Shown piece by piece: positions 9,911 through 19,467 of a stretch of DNA of 64,000 bases; within the stretch, counting starts at the first letter, position 1; each line of letters starts with the position of its first letter. The DNA is taken from positions 2,240,001-2,304,000 of the forward strand of contig OZ257142.1 in assembly GCA_965279035.1 (NCBI GenBank), read 5' to 3'. The notes below the pieces were generated by a model. That model did not search any database, was not told the DNA's origin, and saw only the letters and a program-made list of their open reading frames with translations. This stretch comes from Bacteroidia bacterium (GTDB taxonomy: Bacteria > Bacteroidota > Bacteroidia > M30B66). A program made the position numbers and the translations under genes.

Positions 9911-11986
9911 ATGAAAAATCACTACTTCCTCATATTACTCCTTCTCATTTCTTTTTCATGCTCTTCTTTGAAAAAAGAAGATACTTTCAAAATTACTTCA
10001 CCTTCCAAAAATTTGGCAATTGCATTCCACCTAAATGATAAAGGAATTGCCCAATATCAGGTCTTTTACAAAGATGAAGTAGTAATTGATACTTCTTCTT
10101 TGGGATTCGATTTAAAAGATGCACCAGCTATGTTTTCAGGTTTTGAAATTACAGGACATCAAGTAGATTCTCTCAACGAAACATGGGAGCAACCTTGGGG
10201 CGAACAACGTATGGTAAAAAATCATTACAACGAATTAATTGTCAACCTGCAAGAGAAAAATGAACCTCATCGTAAAATGAATCTTCTATTTCGTGCTTAT
10301 GATGATGGTCTTGCTTTTCGATACGATTTCCCTGAACAGGAGAACCTCAAGGAAATGACCATTTTGGATGAAAATACTTTTTTCCGGTTGAAGGAAGATT
10401 ATACCTGTTGGTGGGCACCCGGCGATTGGGACATAACCGAACATTTATATACGATGAGTCCCTTCTCAAAAATTAATGCCTTGAAGAAACGGAATCATCC
10501 GAGTTTAGGACAAACGTACATTCCCGAAAATGCAGTCAATACGCCTCTTACCATGCGTTCGAAATCAGGAATGCATATCAGTATTCACGAAGCGGCTTTG
10601 TACAATTATTCGGATATGACCTTGAAAGTAGATACGACAAATCTGGTACTTCAATCGGAATTGGTTGGTTCGGATCGATTGGGTTATAAAGCCAAATTGA
10701 CTGTTCCATTTCAAACGCCCTGGCGGATGATACTCATTAGTCCAAACGCAGCAGGATTGGTCGATTCACGCATGATTTTAAATTTGAACGAGCCGAATAA
10801 AGTAGGAGATGTTTCTTGGTTTAAACCAATGAAATACACTGGCATTTGGTGGGAAATGCATTTAGGGAAATCGAGTTGGGACATGGCCAGTGGAAAGCAT
10901 GGCGCCACAACGGCAAATGCTAAAAAGTACATCGACTTTACAGCTAAAAATGGATTAGGAGGTGTGTTGATCGAAGGATGGAATACTGGCTGGGAACATT
11001 GGATTGGATTTGATGATCGTGAAGGTGTGTTTGATTTTGTAACTCCCTATGCCGATTACAATTTAGAAGAAGTGGTGAACTACGCCCATTCGAAAAATAT
11101 AGAAATCATCATGCATCACGAAACGTCGTCTGCACCTCAGACTTATGAAAAGCAATTGGATACGGCATTTGCTCTCATGAAGCGGTTGAATTTGCACACA
11201 GTTAAAACCGGATATGTAGGTAAAATTTTACCCAAAGGCGAATATCATCATGGACAATGGATGATCAATCATTATCAAAAAGTGGTTGAAACCGCTGCGA
11301 AATATCACATTGCGGTAGATGCTCATGAGCCAATAAAGGGCACGGGAATTCAGCGTACTTGGCCCAATTTCGTTTCACGAGAAGGCATGCGTGGACAGGA
11401 ATTTAATGCTTGGTCGAGCGATGGTGGAAATCCTCCCGATCATTTGCCTAATGTGGTTTTTACGCGTATGTTGAGTGGTCCGTTTGATTTTACTCCGGGA
11501 GTTTTCAATATTAAATTGAAGCCGTATAAAGAGCACAATCAAGTGAGCACCACGTTAGCGCAGCAATTGGCTTTGTATGTAGTTATTTATAGTCCAGTTC
11601 AAATGGCTTGCGACCTGATAGAAAACTACGAAGGTCAACCTGGATTTCAATTTATTCGTGATGTTGGAACCGATTGGGAAACTTCTAAAACCTTAAAAGG
11701 TGAAGTCGGCGATTATGTAACGATTGTGCGCGAAGAAAAGAAAACGGGAAATTGGTTTTTAGGATCAATTACCGATGAAAATGCTCGTGATATTTCAATT
11801 GATTTTAGTTTTCTACCCGCTGGAATTGAATTTCAAACGGATATTTATAAGGACGGCCTTGATGCCCATTGGGACAGTAATCCCACTAGTTTATCCATTG
11901 AACATTTAGTTATAAATTCAAAAAGTAATATTACCTTTCATTTAGCTCCCGGAGGTGGATTAGCCATAGCGATGAAGAGAAAATAA
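9911..11986 (+). CDS. glycoside hydrolase family 97 (SusB-like alpha-glucosidase), lipoprotein
   Basis: Lipobox SFSC; KYTGIWWEMH, VLIEGWN, MHHET, HEP, REGMRGQE and DFTPG motifs. Confidence 0.92.
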   Translation: MKNHYFLILLLLISFSCSSLKKEDTFKITSPSKNLAIAFHLNDKGIAQYQVFYKDEVVIDTSSLGFDLKDAPAMFSGFEITGHQVDSLNETWEQPWGEQRMVKNHYNELIVNLQEKNEPHRKMNLLFRAYDDGLAFRYDFPEQENLKEMTILDENTFFRLKEDYTCWWAPGDWDITEHLYTMSPFSKINALKKRNHPSLGQTYIPENAVNTPLTMRSKSGMHISIHEAALYNYSDMTLKVDTTNLVLQSELVGSDRLGYKAKLTVPFQTPWRMILISPNAAGLVDSRMILNLNEPNKVGDVSWFKPMKYTGIWWEMHLGKSSWDMASGKHGATTANAKKYIDFTAKNGLGGVLIEGWNTGWEHWIGFDDREGVFDFVTPYADYNLEEVVNYAHSKNIEIIMHHETSSAPQTYEKQLDTAFALMKRLNLHTVKTGYVGKILPKGEYHHGQWMINHYQKVVETAAKYHIAVDAHEPIKGTGIQRTWPNFVSREGMRGQEFNAWSSDGGNPPDHLPNVVFTRMLSGPFDFTPGVFNIKLKPYKEHNQVSTTLAQQLALYVVIYSPVQMACDLIENYEGQPGFQFIRDVGTDWETSKTLKGEVGDYVTIVREEKKTGNWFLGSITDENARDISIDFSFLPAGIEFQTDIYKDGLDAHWDSNPTSLSIEHLVINSKSNITFHLAPGGGLAIAMKRK

Positions 11987-12013
11987 TTTTGTTCTGATTC
12001 AAAGATTAACAAG

Positions 12014-12910
12014 ATGAAGAAACTCTATTTATTCTTAGTTCTTTTTGAGATTATTTCATTTAAATCTCAAGCTCAACTCTCAAACTATTTTGCCAATAAT
12101 CCAGTTTGGAGAATTAATAGTTCCTGCAGTGCTCCATATCCCTGTGTTCGGGATGATCAAGCTGAATATCGTGTTATTACAGATACATTGATGGATGGTG
12201 AAATTTGGCATAAAATGCAGCGCCAAGGAATATCAACCTATTCGTATTTTAGTTCGCCTCCAATTCCTGAAGGATGTAGTGGAACCTTTAGTATTTCAGA
12301 GCAATCGGGTTTTCTTCGACAGGATAGTATGAAGATTTATTTTCGAACTCAATTTAATCCAACTCAATATTTAGTGTATGATTTTAATTTAGAAGTAGGC
12401 GATTCACTTCCAATAACAACAATTAATTTCCAAGATTTTTTAGTTGTAAATGCTGTTGATAGTGTTTTAATTGGTGCCTCATGGCGAAGAAGAATGTTCT
12501 TTAACGATGGTGCATCTTGGCTTATTGAAGGAATAGGACATAATGCAGGATTATTAGAATCAATTCCTCCCATGTTGGAATGTGCTCATTCTTTTATTTG
12601 CTTTAAGTTAGATTCTGTTATTGAGTTTCAGGAGAATATTGGTAATTGTGAAATCCCAAATAGCACTCAAGAAATAAAATGCCCCCAATGGAAATTGTTG
12701 ACAGACATTTCAGGAAATTCGTGGAAGATTATCGGCCCCAAAGAAACTGATCACTTAGCGCTCATTGATCTTTCTGGAAATTTGATTCCAGCGATATCTT
12801 GGTCAAATACTACTTGCGAAATTCAGTTAAGCAATTATTCCCAAGGAATGTATACGCTTATTAATCTTGAGCATCCAAGTCGTTTCGTTAGATTACTGAA
12901 GCTAAATTAA
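12014..12910 (+). CDS. secreted hypothetical protein, probable T9SS cargo
   Basis: Signal peptide, YDFNLEVGDS/LIEGIG motifs typical of Bacteroidota secreted proteins, and a degenerate CTD (DLSG...GMY). Confidence 0.6.
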   Translation: MKKLYLFLVLFEIISFKSQAQLSNYFANNPVWRINSSCSAPYPCVRDDQAEYRVITDTLMDGEIWHKMQRQGISTYSYFSSPPIPEGCSGTFSISEQSGFLRQDSMKIYFRTQFNPTQYLVYDFNLEVGDSLPITTINFQDFLVVNAVDSVLIGASWRRRMFFNDGASWLIEGIGHNAGLLESIPPMLECAHSFICFKLDSVIEFQENIGNCEIPNSTQEIKCPQWKLLTDISGNSWKIIGPKETDHLALIDLSGNLIPAISWSNTTCEIQLSNYSQGMYTLINLEHPSRFVRLLKLN

Positions 12911-12912
12911 TT

Positions 12913-13533
12913 TTAGCCTTTCACGTAAATAATGCGTTTGGTAAGAAAGAATTCTTCATCAAACCAAGTTTGCAATGGAAGTAATTGGAATTTATTTCCA
13001 GTAGCACTTGCTTCTTCTACCAAATCGCCGCCTTTCAAACAAATCCATCCATTTTTAATGGAGTTTTTTTGCTCTTTGCTGAGTTTGTTTTTAGTCCAAG
13101 TAACTAATTCAATCAATGGAGCAACGGCACGGCTGACAATAAAATCGAATTTACCTTCAATTTTTTCTACACGGCCAATATGTGTTTTTACATTTTTCAA
13201 TTCCAACGCTTCTACAATGGCATCTACCACCTTGATTTTTTTAGCAATTGAATCGCACAATGTAAATTCACATTCGGGGAAATAAATAGCCAAAGGAATT
13301 CCAGGAAAACCACCACCTGTACCAATATCTAAAATCCGGCTACCCGGTGTAAAACGATGAAAGCGTGCAATGGCTAAACTGTGTAATACGTGACGTAAAT
13401 ACAGTTCGTCGATATCTTTCCGAGAAATTACATTTATCTGACTATTCCATTCCTGATATAATGGATAAAGTTGTTCAAACTGATGAATTTGTTTATCGGT
13501 TAAATCGGGAAAATAGGACTGAAGCAAATTCAT
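12913..13533 (-). CDS. rsmG: 16S rRNA m7G527 methyltransferase RsmG
   Basis: RHVLHS, LDIGTGGGFPG and SRAV motifs; likely start at 13533. Confidence 0.93.
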   Translation of the reverse strand: MNLLQSYFPDLTDKQIHQFEQLYPLYQEWNSQINVISRKDIDELYLRHVLHSLAIARFHRFTPGSRILDIGTGGGFPGIPLAIYFPECEFTLCDSIAKKIKVVDAIVEALELKNVKTHIGRVEKIEGKFDFIVSRAVAPLIELVTWTKNKLSKEQKNSIKNGWICLKGGDLVEEASATGNKFQLLPLQTWFDEEFFLTKRIIYVKG

Positions 13534-13595
13534 GGAAATAGAGAATGAAGCCATTCAAAGCTTAACAAAATGTAGAATGGATTTAATGATCAGGA

Positions 13596-14204
13596 TTAGA
13601 TTTTTTCCTGAGAATTACGAATGATATTGTAAAGAAATTCGCGCGATCGGAACAACTGTGCTTTCACAGTTCCTAAAGGCAAATCGAGACGTTCAGCAAT
13701 TTCTTCGTACGACAATTCTTGGAAATACCTCAATTCAATAAGCACGCGGTAACGAGGTTTTAGTTTCTCAACCAAAGAACGCATGAATACATTCTTCTGT
13801 TTCCGAATCATGTGTTCTTCCGGATCAGGAGAATCAGAACGAACATCCATTGTCATCTCATCACCATCACCTGAAATAAAGGTTCTGTCTAATGAAAGCG
13901 TGACTGCTCGTTTCTTCCGAATAAAATCGATGCAATTATTTGTCGCAATACGAAACAACCATGTGCTAAAAGCAAAATTGGGAGTGTACTGAGCAATGTT
14001 TTTAAACGCTTTTCCAAAAGCCTCGATCGTAAGATCTTCCGCATCATCCTTATTATTGACCATTTTAAGTAATAAGTAATACACCGATTCCTTATAACGA
14101 TCTAATAATTCTGAATACGCTGCCTGATCATGCTTTTCGATTGCACGATACACCAGCTGAATATCATACTGTGCTTTACTTGAAAGATTTGGTTCTACCT
14201 CCAT
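13596..14204 (-). CDS. ECF-type RNA polymerase sigma-70 factor
   Basis: DAEDL, FSTWLFRIATN and LSYEEIA..LDLPLGTVK (regions 2 and 4). Confidence 0.92.
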   Translation of the reverse strand: MEVEPNLSSKAQYDIQLVYRAIEKHDQAAYSELLDRYKESVYYLLLKMVNNKDDAEDLTIEAFGKAFKNIAQYTPNFAFSTWLFRIATNNCIDFIRKKRAVTLSLDRTFISGDGDEMTMDVRSDSPDPEEHMIRKQKNVFMRSLVEKLKPRYRVLIELRYFQELSYEEIAERLDLPLGTVKAQLFRSREFLYNIIRNSQEKI

Positions 14205-15322
14205 TTGCGTTTTCTAACAAAGAATGTGGAGATGAAATACACCGGATAAATGAATATCCGTTGAAATACCTCCAGAAACGGCGCTTTCCATCCAAGGTCG
14301 GCATCGTCGAGTTTCCTTGCGATTGCGTGCAATATAACAATTTGGAGCAATGCACGCAGAACAAGTCCTGAAATTAATATTAACACATTGTATTGAAGAA
14401 TAAATCCTGCAATACAACTAAAATACAAGAAATACCAAGTCAATGGCTCTGTTACTAAAGCCGATTTATGTGCTGGTTTGTAATATTTAGCCGTTGAAAC
14501 ATGTCGTTTCTTTTGAAGAAACCACGATTTCCAAGTAGTCTTTGGTTCTGAAACAGTGCTCGATCCTTTGTCTATTACAATGGCTGTATTGCTTGGTGTT
14601 GCAACCTCATTGATAAATAAATCATCATCACCCGATTCAATATGAATATGAGAAGCAAAACCTTTTACCTGAAAAAATAAATTCTTGTTATAGGATAAAT
14701 TTCTTCCAACACCCATGTACGCTTTACCTCGCAGAGCCATCGAAAGAAACTGTGCTGCAATAATGAATGTATCAAAGCGAATCATGGTATTCAACAATCC
14801 CGATTTTTTCTCGTATTTCCCATATCCGAGTACAATGTCTTTTCCCGGTTCATATGATTCCATAATACTGCTAATCCAATCTGGACTTGATGGATAACAA
14901 TCGGCATCAGTCAAAATAAGAGTATCGTACAATGCAGCCTTGATTCCAATCGTCATGGCGAATTTTTTCCCATGTTCTCTTCCTTCAACCTCTTTGATAT
15001 TGGCTACTTTTAGGTTGCTATGCGTTAAAGCCATTTCCTTCAACAGGTCATAGGAATTATCCCATGAACAATCGTTTACAACAATGACTTCAAAAGCGGG
15101 GTAATTTTGATTGAGTATAAGTGGTAAAAATTGTTGAATGTTTTCCTCTTCATTTCGGGCACAAATCACCACCGAAACGGGAGGCTTGTTCGTATTTGCA
15201 GGACGTTTATTATAGAGTGCAAGTTTTAGAAAGCCACCCAAATAATAGTAGCATTGAATCAGGAGACAAAGTCCAAAAACAAGCAGAATGCCCAATAAAG
15301 GGGAAATAGTTAAATCAATCAT
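14195..15322 (-). CDS. family 2 glycosyltransferase, membrane-bound
   Basis: VVICARNE, DADC, GDDDL and QKKRH motifs; TM helices at both ends. Confidence 0.88.
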   Translation of the reverse strand: MIDLTISPLLGILLVFGLCLLIQCYYYLGGFLKLALYNKRPANTNKPPVSVVICARNEEENIQQFLPLILNQNYPAFEVIVVNDCSWDNSYDLLKEMALTHSNLKVANIKEVEGREHGKKFAMTIGIKAALYDTLILTDADCYPSSPDWISSIMESYEPGKDIVLGYGKYEKKSGLLNTMIRFDTFIIAAQFLSMALRGKAYMGVGRNLSYNKNLFFQVKGFASHIHIESGDDDLFINEVATPSNTAIVIDKGSSTVSEPKTTWKSWFLQKKRHVSTAKYYKPAHKSALVTEPLTWYFLYFSCIAGFILQYNVLILISGLVLRALLQIVILHAIARKLDDADLGWKAPFLEVFQRIFIYPVYFISTFFVRKRKWR

Positions 15323-15348
15323 TTCAAAACGCCACTCAAAAAGAGCAA

Positions 15349-15401
15349 CAAAAGTAGGACGATTGCATACTACTCAGATGCGGTGGATTGGTCTATCTTT
15401 G
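15349..15401. promoter_or_regulatory. divergent -7 promoter boxes (GT2 on -, tgt on +)
   Basis: caaaagta at 15349-15356 (TACTTTTG on the - strand); TATCTTTG at 15394-15401. Confidence 0.6.
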
Positions 15402-15420
15402 CGCAACTTTTTAACAAAGC

Positions 15421-16551
15421 ATGCGCTTCACACTAGCAGCAACAGATAAGCATTCTAAGGCAAGAGCCGGAGAAATTTCAACAGATCATGGGACCATTCA
15501 AACGCCCATTTTCATGCCCGTAGGTACCGCAGGATCGGTAAAAGCGGTTCATCAACGTGAACTCCGAAACGATATTCAAGCCCAGATCATTTTAGGAAAT
15601 ACCTATCATTTATATCTACGTCCCGGATTGGATGTGTTGAAAAATGCAGGCGGATTACACAAGTTCAACGGTTGGGAAAAACCCATTTTAACCGATAGTG
15701 GAGGCTATCAAGTTTTTTCACTTTCCGACAATCGTAAAATAACGGAAGAAGGTGCTTTATTCAAATCACATATTGATGGTTCTAAGCATATGTTTAGTCC
15801 CGAATCGGTGATGGATATTGAAAGAACAATCGGTGCAGATATCATCATGGCTTTTGATGAATGCACTCCATATCCCTGCACGTACGATTATGCTAAGCAA
15901 TCGATGGAGCGTACACATCGTTGGCTAAAGCGATGTATCGATCATTTGGATAAACAAGAACCAATGTATGGATATAGTCAAGCCTTATTTCCGATAGTTC
16001 AAGGAAGTACAAACCGTGAATTACGTATTCAAAGTGCTGAATTTATCGCTTCGCAAAACCAAGCTGGAAATGCCATAGGTGGATTATCAGTTGGAGAACC
16101 GGTGGAAGATATGTATGAGATGACTGAATTGGTTTGTTCCATTTTACCTGCTGATAAACCTCGTTATTTGATGGGCGTTGGAACGCCAGCTAATATTTTA
16201 GAAGGGATTTCTCAAGGAGTTGATATGTTCGATTGCGTGATGCCTACACGAAATGCGCGTAACGGAATGCTATTCACCAGCGAAGGAATAATCAATATCC
16301 GAAATGAAAAATGGAAAAATGATTTTTCAGCAATTGATCCTCTCTTAATTACGTTTGCCGATCAACAGTATACAAAAGCTTATTTGCGGCATTTATTTAT
16401 TGCAGGTGAATACTTGGCTGGAATGATTGCCAGTGTTCATAATTTAGGATTTTATCTTTGGTTAGTTCGTGAGACACGACTTCGAATTTTAGATGGTACT
16501 TTTGCAACATGGAAACCCGAAATGGTTAAAAAAGTGAGCCAACGCCTATGA
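15421..16551 (+). CDS. tgt: tRNA-guanine(34) transglycosylase
   Basis: TPIFMPVGT, NTYHL, TDSGGYQ and DCVMPTR motifs. Confidence 0.97.
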   Translation: MRFTLAATDKHSKARAGEISTDHGTIQTPIFMPVGTAGSVKAVHQRELRNDIQAQIILGNTYHLYLRPGLDVLKNAGGLHKFNGWEKPILTDSGGYQVFSLSDNRKITEEGALFKSHIDGSKHMFSPESVMDIERTIGADIIMAFDECTPYPCTYDYAKQSMERTHRWLKRCIDHLDKQEPMYGYSQALFPIVQGSTNRELRIQSAEFIASQNQAGNAIGGLSVGEPVEDMYEMTELVCSILPADKPRYLMGVGTPANILEGISQGVDMFDCVMPTRNARNGMLFTSEGIINIRNEKWKNDFSAIDPLLITFADQQYTKAYLRHLFIAGEYLAGMIASVHNLGFYLWLVRETRLRILDGTFATWKPEMVKKVSQRL

Positions 16552-17639
16552 ATGTGAAATTGTATTTGTTGGATCGTTATATCATTCGAAAGTTCCTCGG
16601 TACGTTTTTCTATGCGGTATTGCTATTCGGAGTGTTATTACCGGTGATCTTCGATTTGACTGAAAAAATGGATGATATTCTTGAAAAAGACATTCCAATT
16701 AGTGAATTGATTTTCGATTATTACATCAATTTCATCCCCTATTTTGCCAACCTATTTACACCCATTTTTGGATTTATTAGCGTTGTATTTTTCACTTCGC
16801 GCATGGCCAATCAAACCGAAATTGTAGCCATATTTAGTAGTGGTGTGAGTTTTCGAAGATTGCTTCGTCCATTTATGATTTCGGCTATTGTAGTTGCTTT
16901 ATTTTCTTTTTTACTCGGAAGTTTTATTATTCCACCAGCCAATGCCCGTCGTTTAAAATTCGAATACAAATATTTGAAGTACAATTGGAATCGGAATTTC
17001 AGTAATCTACATCGACAAATTGCTCCTGGAACTTTTGTTTATCTCGAAACCTATACTCAAAATTCGGGAACTGGATTTCGATTTACGCAGGAAGGATTTA
17101 AGGATCAAAAGATGATCTATAAAATGAGTGCTGATTATATTCGATGGGACTCAAGTTCAGGCTCTTGGAAACTAGACAATTTGCTCATTCGGAAATTTAA
17201 AGGGAAAAAAGAAAGCATTCGAAAAGTAGCTTTACTCGATACTACATTATTATTTAAACCAGTCGATTTTGCTTTAGCAGACGATGATGTTGAAATGATG
17301 AATTTCTTTGAGCTTGATCGATTTATTGTGAGAGAAAGAAATAAAGGGTCAGAATTTATCGATTATTATTTGTTGGAGCAACAACGTCGTATGGCGAACC
17401 CAATATCTAATCTGATTTTAACATTAATTGCAGTCCCTTTAGCAGGCAGAAAAGTAAGAGGTGGAGTTGGATTGCACATCGGTATTGGTATTGGAATTAG
17501 TTTCTCATATGTTATGTTGATGCAAGTTTCATCGGTGTTTGCTACCGAGGGTGGCGCTAATCCAGTGATTGCCGCTTGGCTTCCCAATGTATTGTATTTG
17601 TTTGTTGCCATGTGGTTAATTTATAAAGCCCCTAAATAA
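16548..17639 (+). CDS. lptG: LptF/LptG-family LPS export permease
   Basis: LDRYI start, EIVAIFSSGVS and AAWLPN motifs; 3 TM + periplasmic domain + 3 TM layout. Confidence 0.8.
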   Translation: MNVKLYLLDRYIIRKFLGTFFYAVLLFGVLLPVIFDLTEKMDDILEKDIPISELIFDYYINFIPYFANLFTPIFGFISVVFFTSRMANQTEIVAIFSSGVSFRRLLRPFMISAIVVALFSFLLGSFIIPPANARRLKFEYKYLKYNWNRNFSNLHRQIAPGTFVYLETYTQNSGTGFRFTQEGFKDQKMIYKMSADYIRWDSSSGSWKLDNLLIRKFKGKKESIRKVALLDTTLLFKPVDFALADDDVEMMNFFELDRFIVRERNKGSEFIDYYLLEQQRRMANPISNLILTLIAVPLAGRKVRGGVGLHIGIGIGISFSYVMLMQVSSVFATEGGANPVIAAWLPNVLYLFVAMWLIYKAPK

Positions 17640-17759
17640 TTGAGAAGGTTCTTATTACATGTGAAATGCTAAGTCATTTACATTTTCACAAAACAATGTT
17701 TGCATGAGTTTGAATCTAGAATTTGAATTCTTATCAATTGTATGAATTTAAATAGGTTT

Positions 17760-18153
17760 TACCCGTTGTGTGGTTAAAAATTAGAATTATTCTTCAACAC
17801 TATTTATCGCATAGTCCAATAATCAATACTTATGTAATGCCTTTAAATTATATTATTTTAAAATTAAAATTAGGTTTAGAAACGAATCAGTGTGGTGGCT
17901 ATGTCTGGGCGGCGAGGGTGTGTTTCGACATAGATGAGATAAAAGCTTATCCGAGCACAATGGTCGAAAAAAGGCCTTGAGCGTAAGCAGCATCGTCCAG
18001 ACTTGACCTTCTTTGATTACTTTCTTGTGTCAAGACAAGAAAGTAATATGTCGTAGACAAACATGAATGATATAGTGATAAGAAGCATTAACAGCCTTAT
18101 TTCATTAATCGATATGAAAAAAATAAATTGATAATTCAACAGCACAACGGGTA
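17760..18153. mobile_element. putative non-autonomous MITE-like element containing a structured repeat
   Basis: tacccgttgtg (17760-17770) and cacaacgggta (18143-18153) are perfect reverse complements, consistent with TA + TIR. Internal nested stems at 17903-18002 and a 13-bp perfect hairpin at 18016-18047. Confidence 0.45.
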
Positions 18154-18227
18154 GGTATTAATATTCAATTTACAGGCTTGAGGATTTCTTTTTTTATTTT
18201 TTCTTGCTTGTATAAATCTGTCTTTGC

Positions 18228-18235
18228 TATATTTG
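18228..18235 (+). promoter_or_regulatory. -7 promoter box for the NYN-CSD gene
   Basis: TATATTTG, about 200 bp upstream of the ATG at 18438. Confidence 0.5.
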
Positions 18236-18437
18236 CACATAAAGAAATTTTAAAAGGCATAACTGCCATTTATTAAACGATAATTATTAGCTGAATTCGC
18301 TTAATTTAACTGTCACGCACACCAGTTTTATTTTATCAAGCGGCTTTCATTCAACTTAATTATTGGTTGATAATCAGAGAAACCTTTTAAGTCTCTTTCA
18401 TTAATTTTTTCAACCATCCATAAATACAATTTAAATT

Positions 18438-19403
18438 ATGCTTCAACCAAGAGATGGCGTCGTACGTATCGGCGTCTTTTACGACGGAAACTATTTTCTG
18501 CACGTAAGTAATTATTACAACTATTTCCATCAGCGCCGCCGCCGCATTAGTATTGCTGGATTGCACGGTTTTATTCGTCAGCAAATAGCTGAAGAAATGC
18601 AGGTAGATTATAGTTTATGTCATGTAGTAGATGCTCATTATTTCCGTGGAAGAATGAGTGCTTACGAAGCCAGCCAACGTGGCAATCAATTATACAATGA
18701 TCGTTTGTTCGATGATGTATTGATGTCGGAAGGTGTTGTTACACACTATTTACCATTGCGCACACGTGCTGGTAGAAAAGAAGAAAAAGGAATTGATGTA
18801 TGGTTGGCTCTTGAAGCACTTGAGCTAACCTGGATGAAAAAATACGATGTATTGGTATTGATCACTTCAGATGGTGATTTTGTTCCACTAATTCGTAAAG
18901 TAAATACACTCGGAACTCGCGTTATGGTTCTTAGCTGGGATTTTGAATATACCGATGATACAGGTCGTGAAATTATCACACGTACTTCTCAAGATTTATT
19001 AGAAGAAGTAACCTATCCTGTTGCAATGCACGAGATTATTGATAGCCATGTAAAGGGCAATGATTTAATTGTAAGTGGATTATTTGTAACACAAGAAAGT
19101 GCTCCTAAAACCTATGAACACATTATAGATAAAGGAGATGCAAAAGTTTCTAAAACCCTCAATATGAAGAGCGGTTATGGATTTGTTGCTTATCCTCCAA
19201 ACAATTTATTCTTCCATTACCTCGATGTAATAGAAGGTGATTTTAATGAGATTCACGATGGTGACACCGTTGAATTTACTATCGAAATCAACGAGAAAGG
19301 AAATGAAGTCGCTAAGAATGTGCGTAAAGTTGCCGACGACTATTATATTCCTGAATCTATTGATCAGGATTTAGGAGAAGAGGAAGAAGATGATGATATG
19401 TAG
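18438..19403 (+). CDS. NYN (LabA/DUF88, PIN-like) ribonuclease fused to a C-terminal cold-shock domain
   Basis: VFYDGNY, EKGIDV and TSDGDF acidic motifs; CSD RNP1/RNP2-like GYGFV and LFFH, VEF...KG..AKNV; acidic tail. Confidence 0.85.
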   Translation: MLQPRDGVVRIGVFYDGNYFLHVSNYYNYFHQRRRRISIAGLHGFIRQQIAEEMQVDYSLCHVVDAHYFRGRMSAYEASQRGNQLYNDRLFDDVLMSEGVVTHYLPLRTRAGRKEEKGIDVWLALEALELTWMKKYDVLVLITSDGDFVPLIRKVNTLGTRVMVLSWDFEYTDDTGREIITRTSQDLLEEVTYPVAMHEIIDSHVKGNDLIVSGLFVTQESAPKTYEHIIDKGDAKVSKTLNMKSGYGFVAYPPNNLFFHYLDVIEGDFNEIHDGDTVEFTIEINEKGNEVAKNVRKVADDYYIPESIDQDLGEEEEDDDM

Positions 19404-19424
19404 ATTTTATTAATCTATAAATTC

Positions 19425-19467
19425 ATAATAAACCCGGAATCGTCTATAACTTTTCCGGGTTTATTAT
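19425..19467. terminator. bidirectional terminator
   Basis: 15-bp perfect inverted repeat ataataaacccggaa / ttccgggtttattat between convergent genes. Confidence 0.75.

Noticed and set aside
12913-17639. GT2-ECF sigma-rsmG / tgt-lptG cluster as a novel system
   Set aside because: To my knowledge this is a commonly conserved Bacteroidota housekeeping arrangement, and nothing here is unusual.
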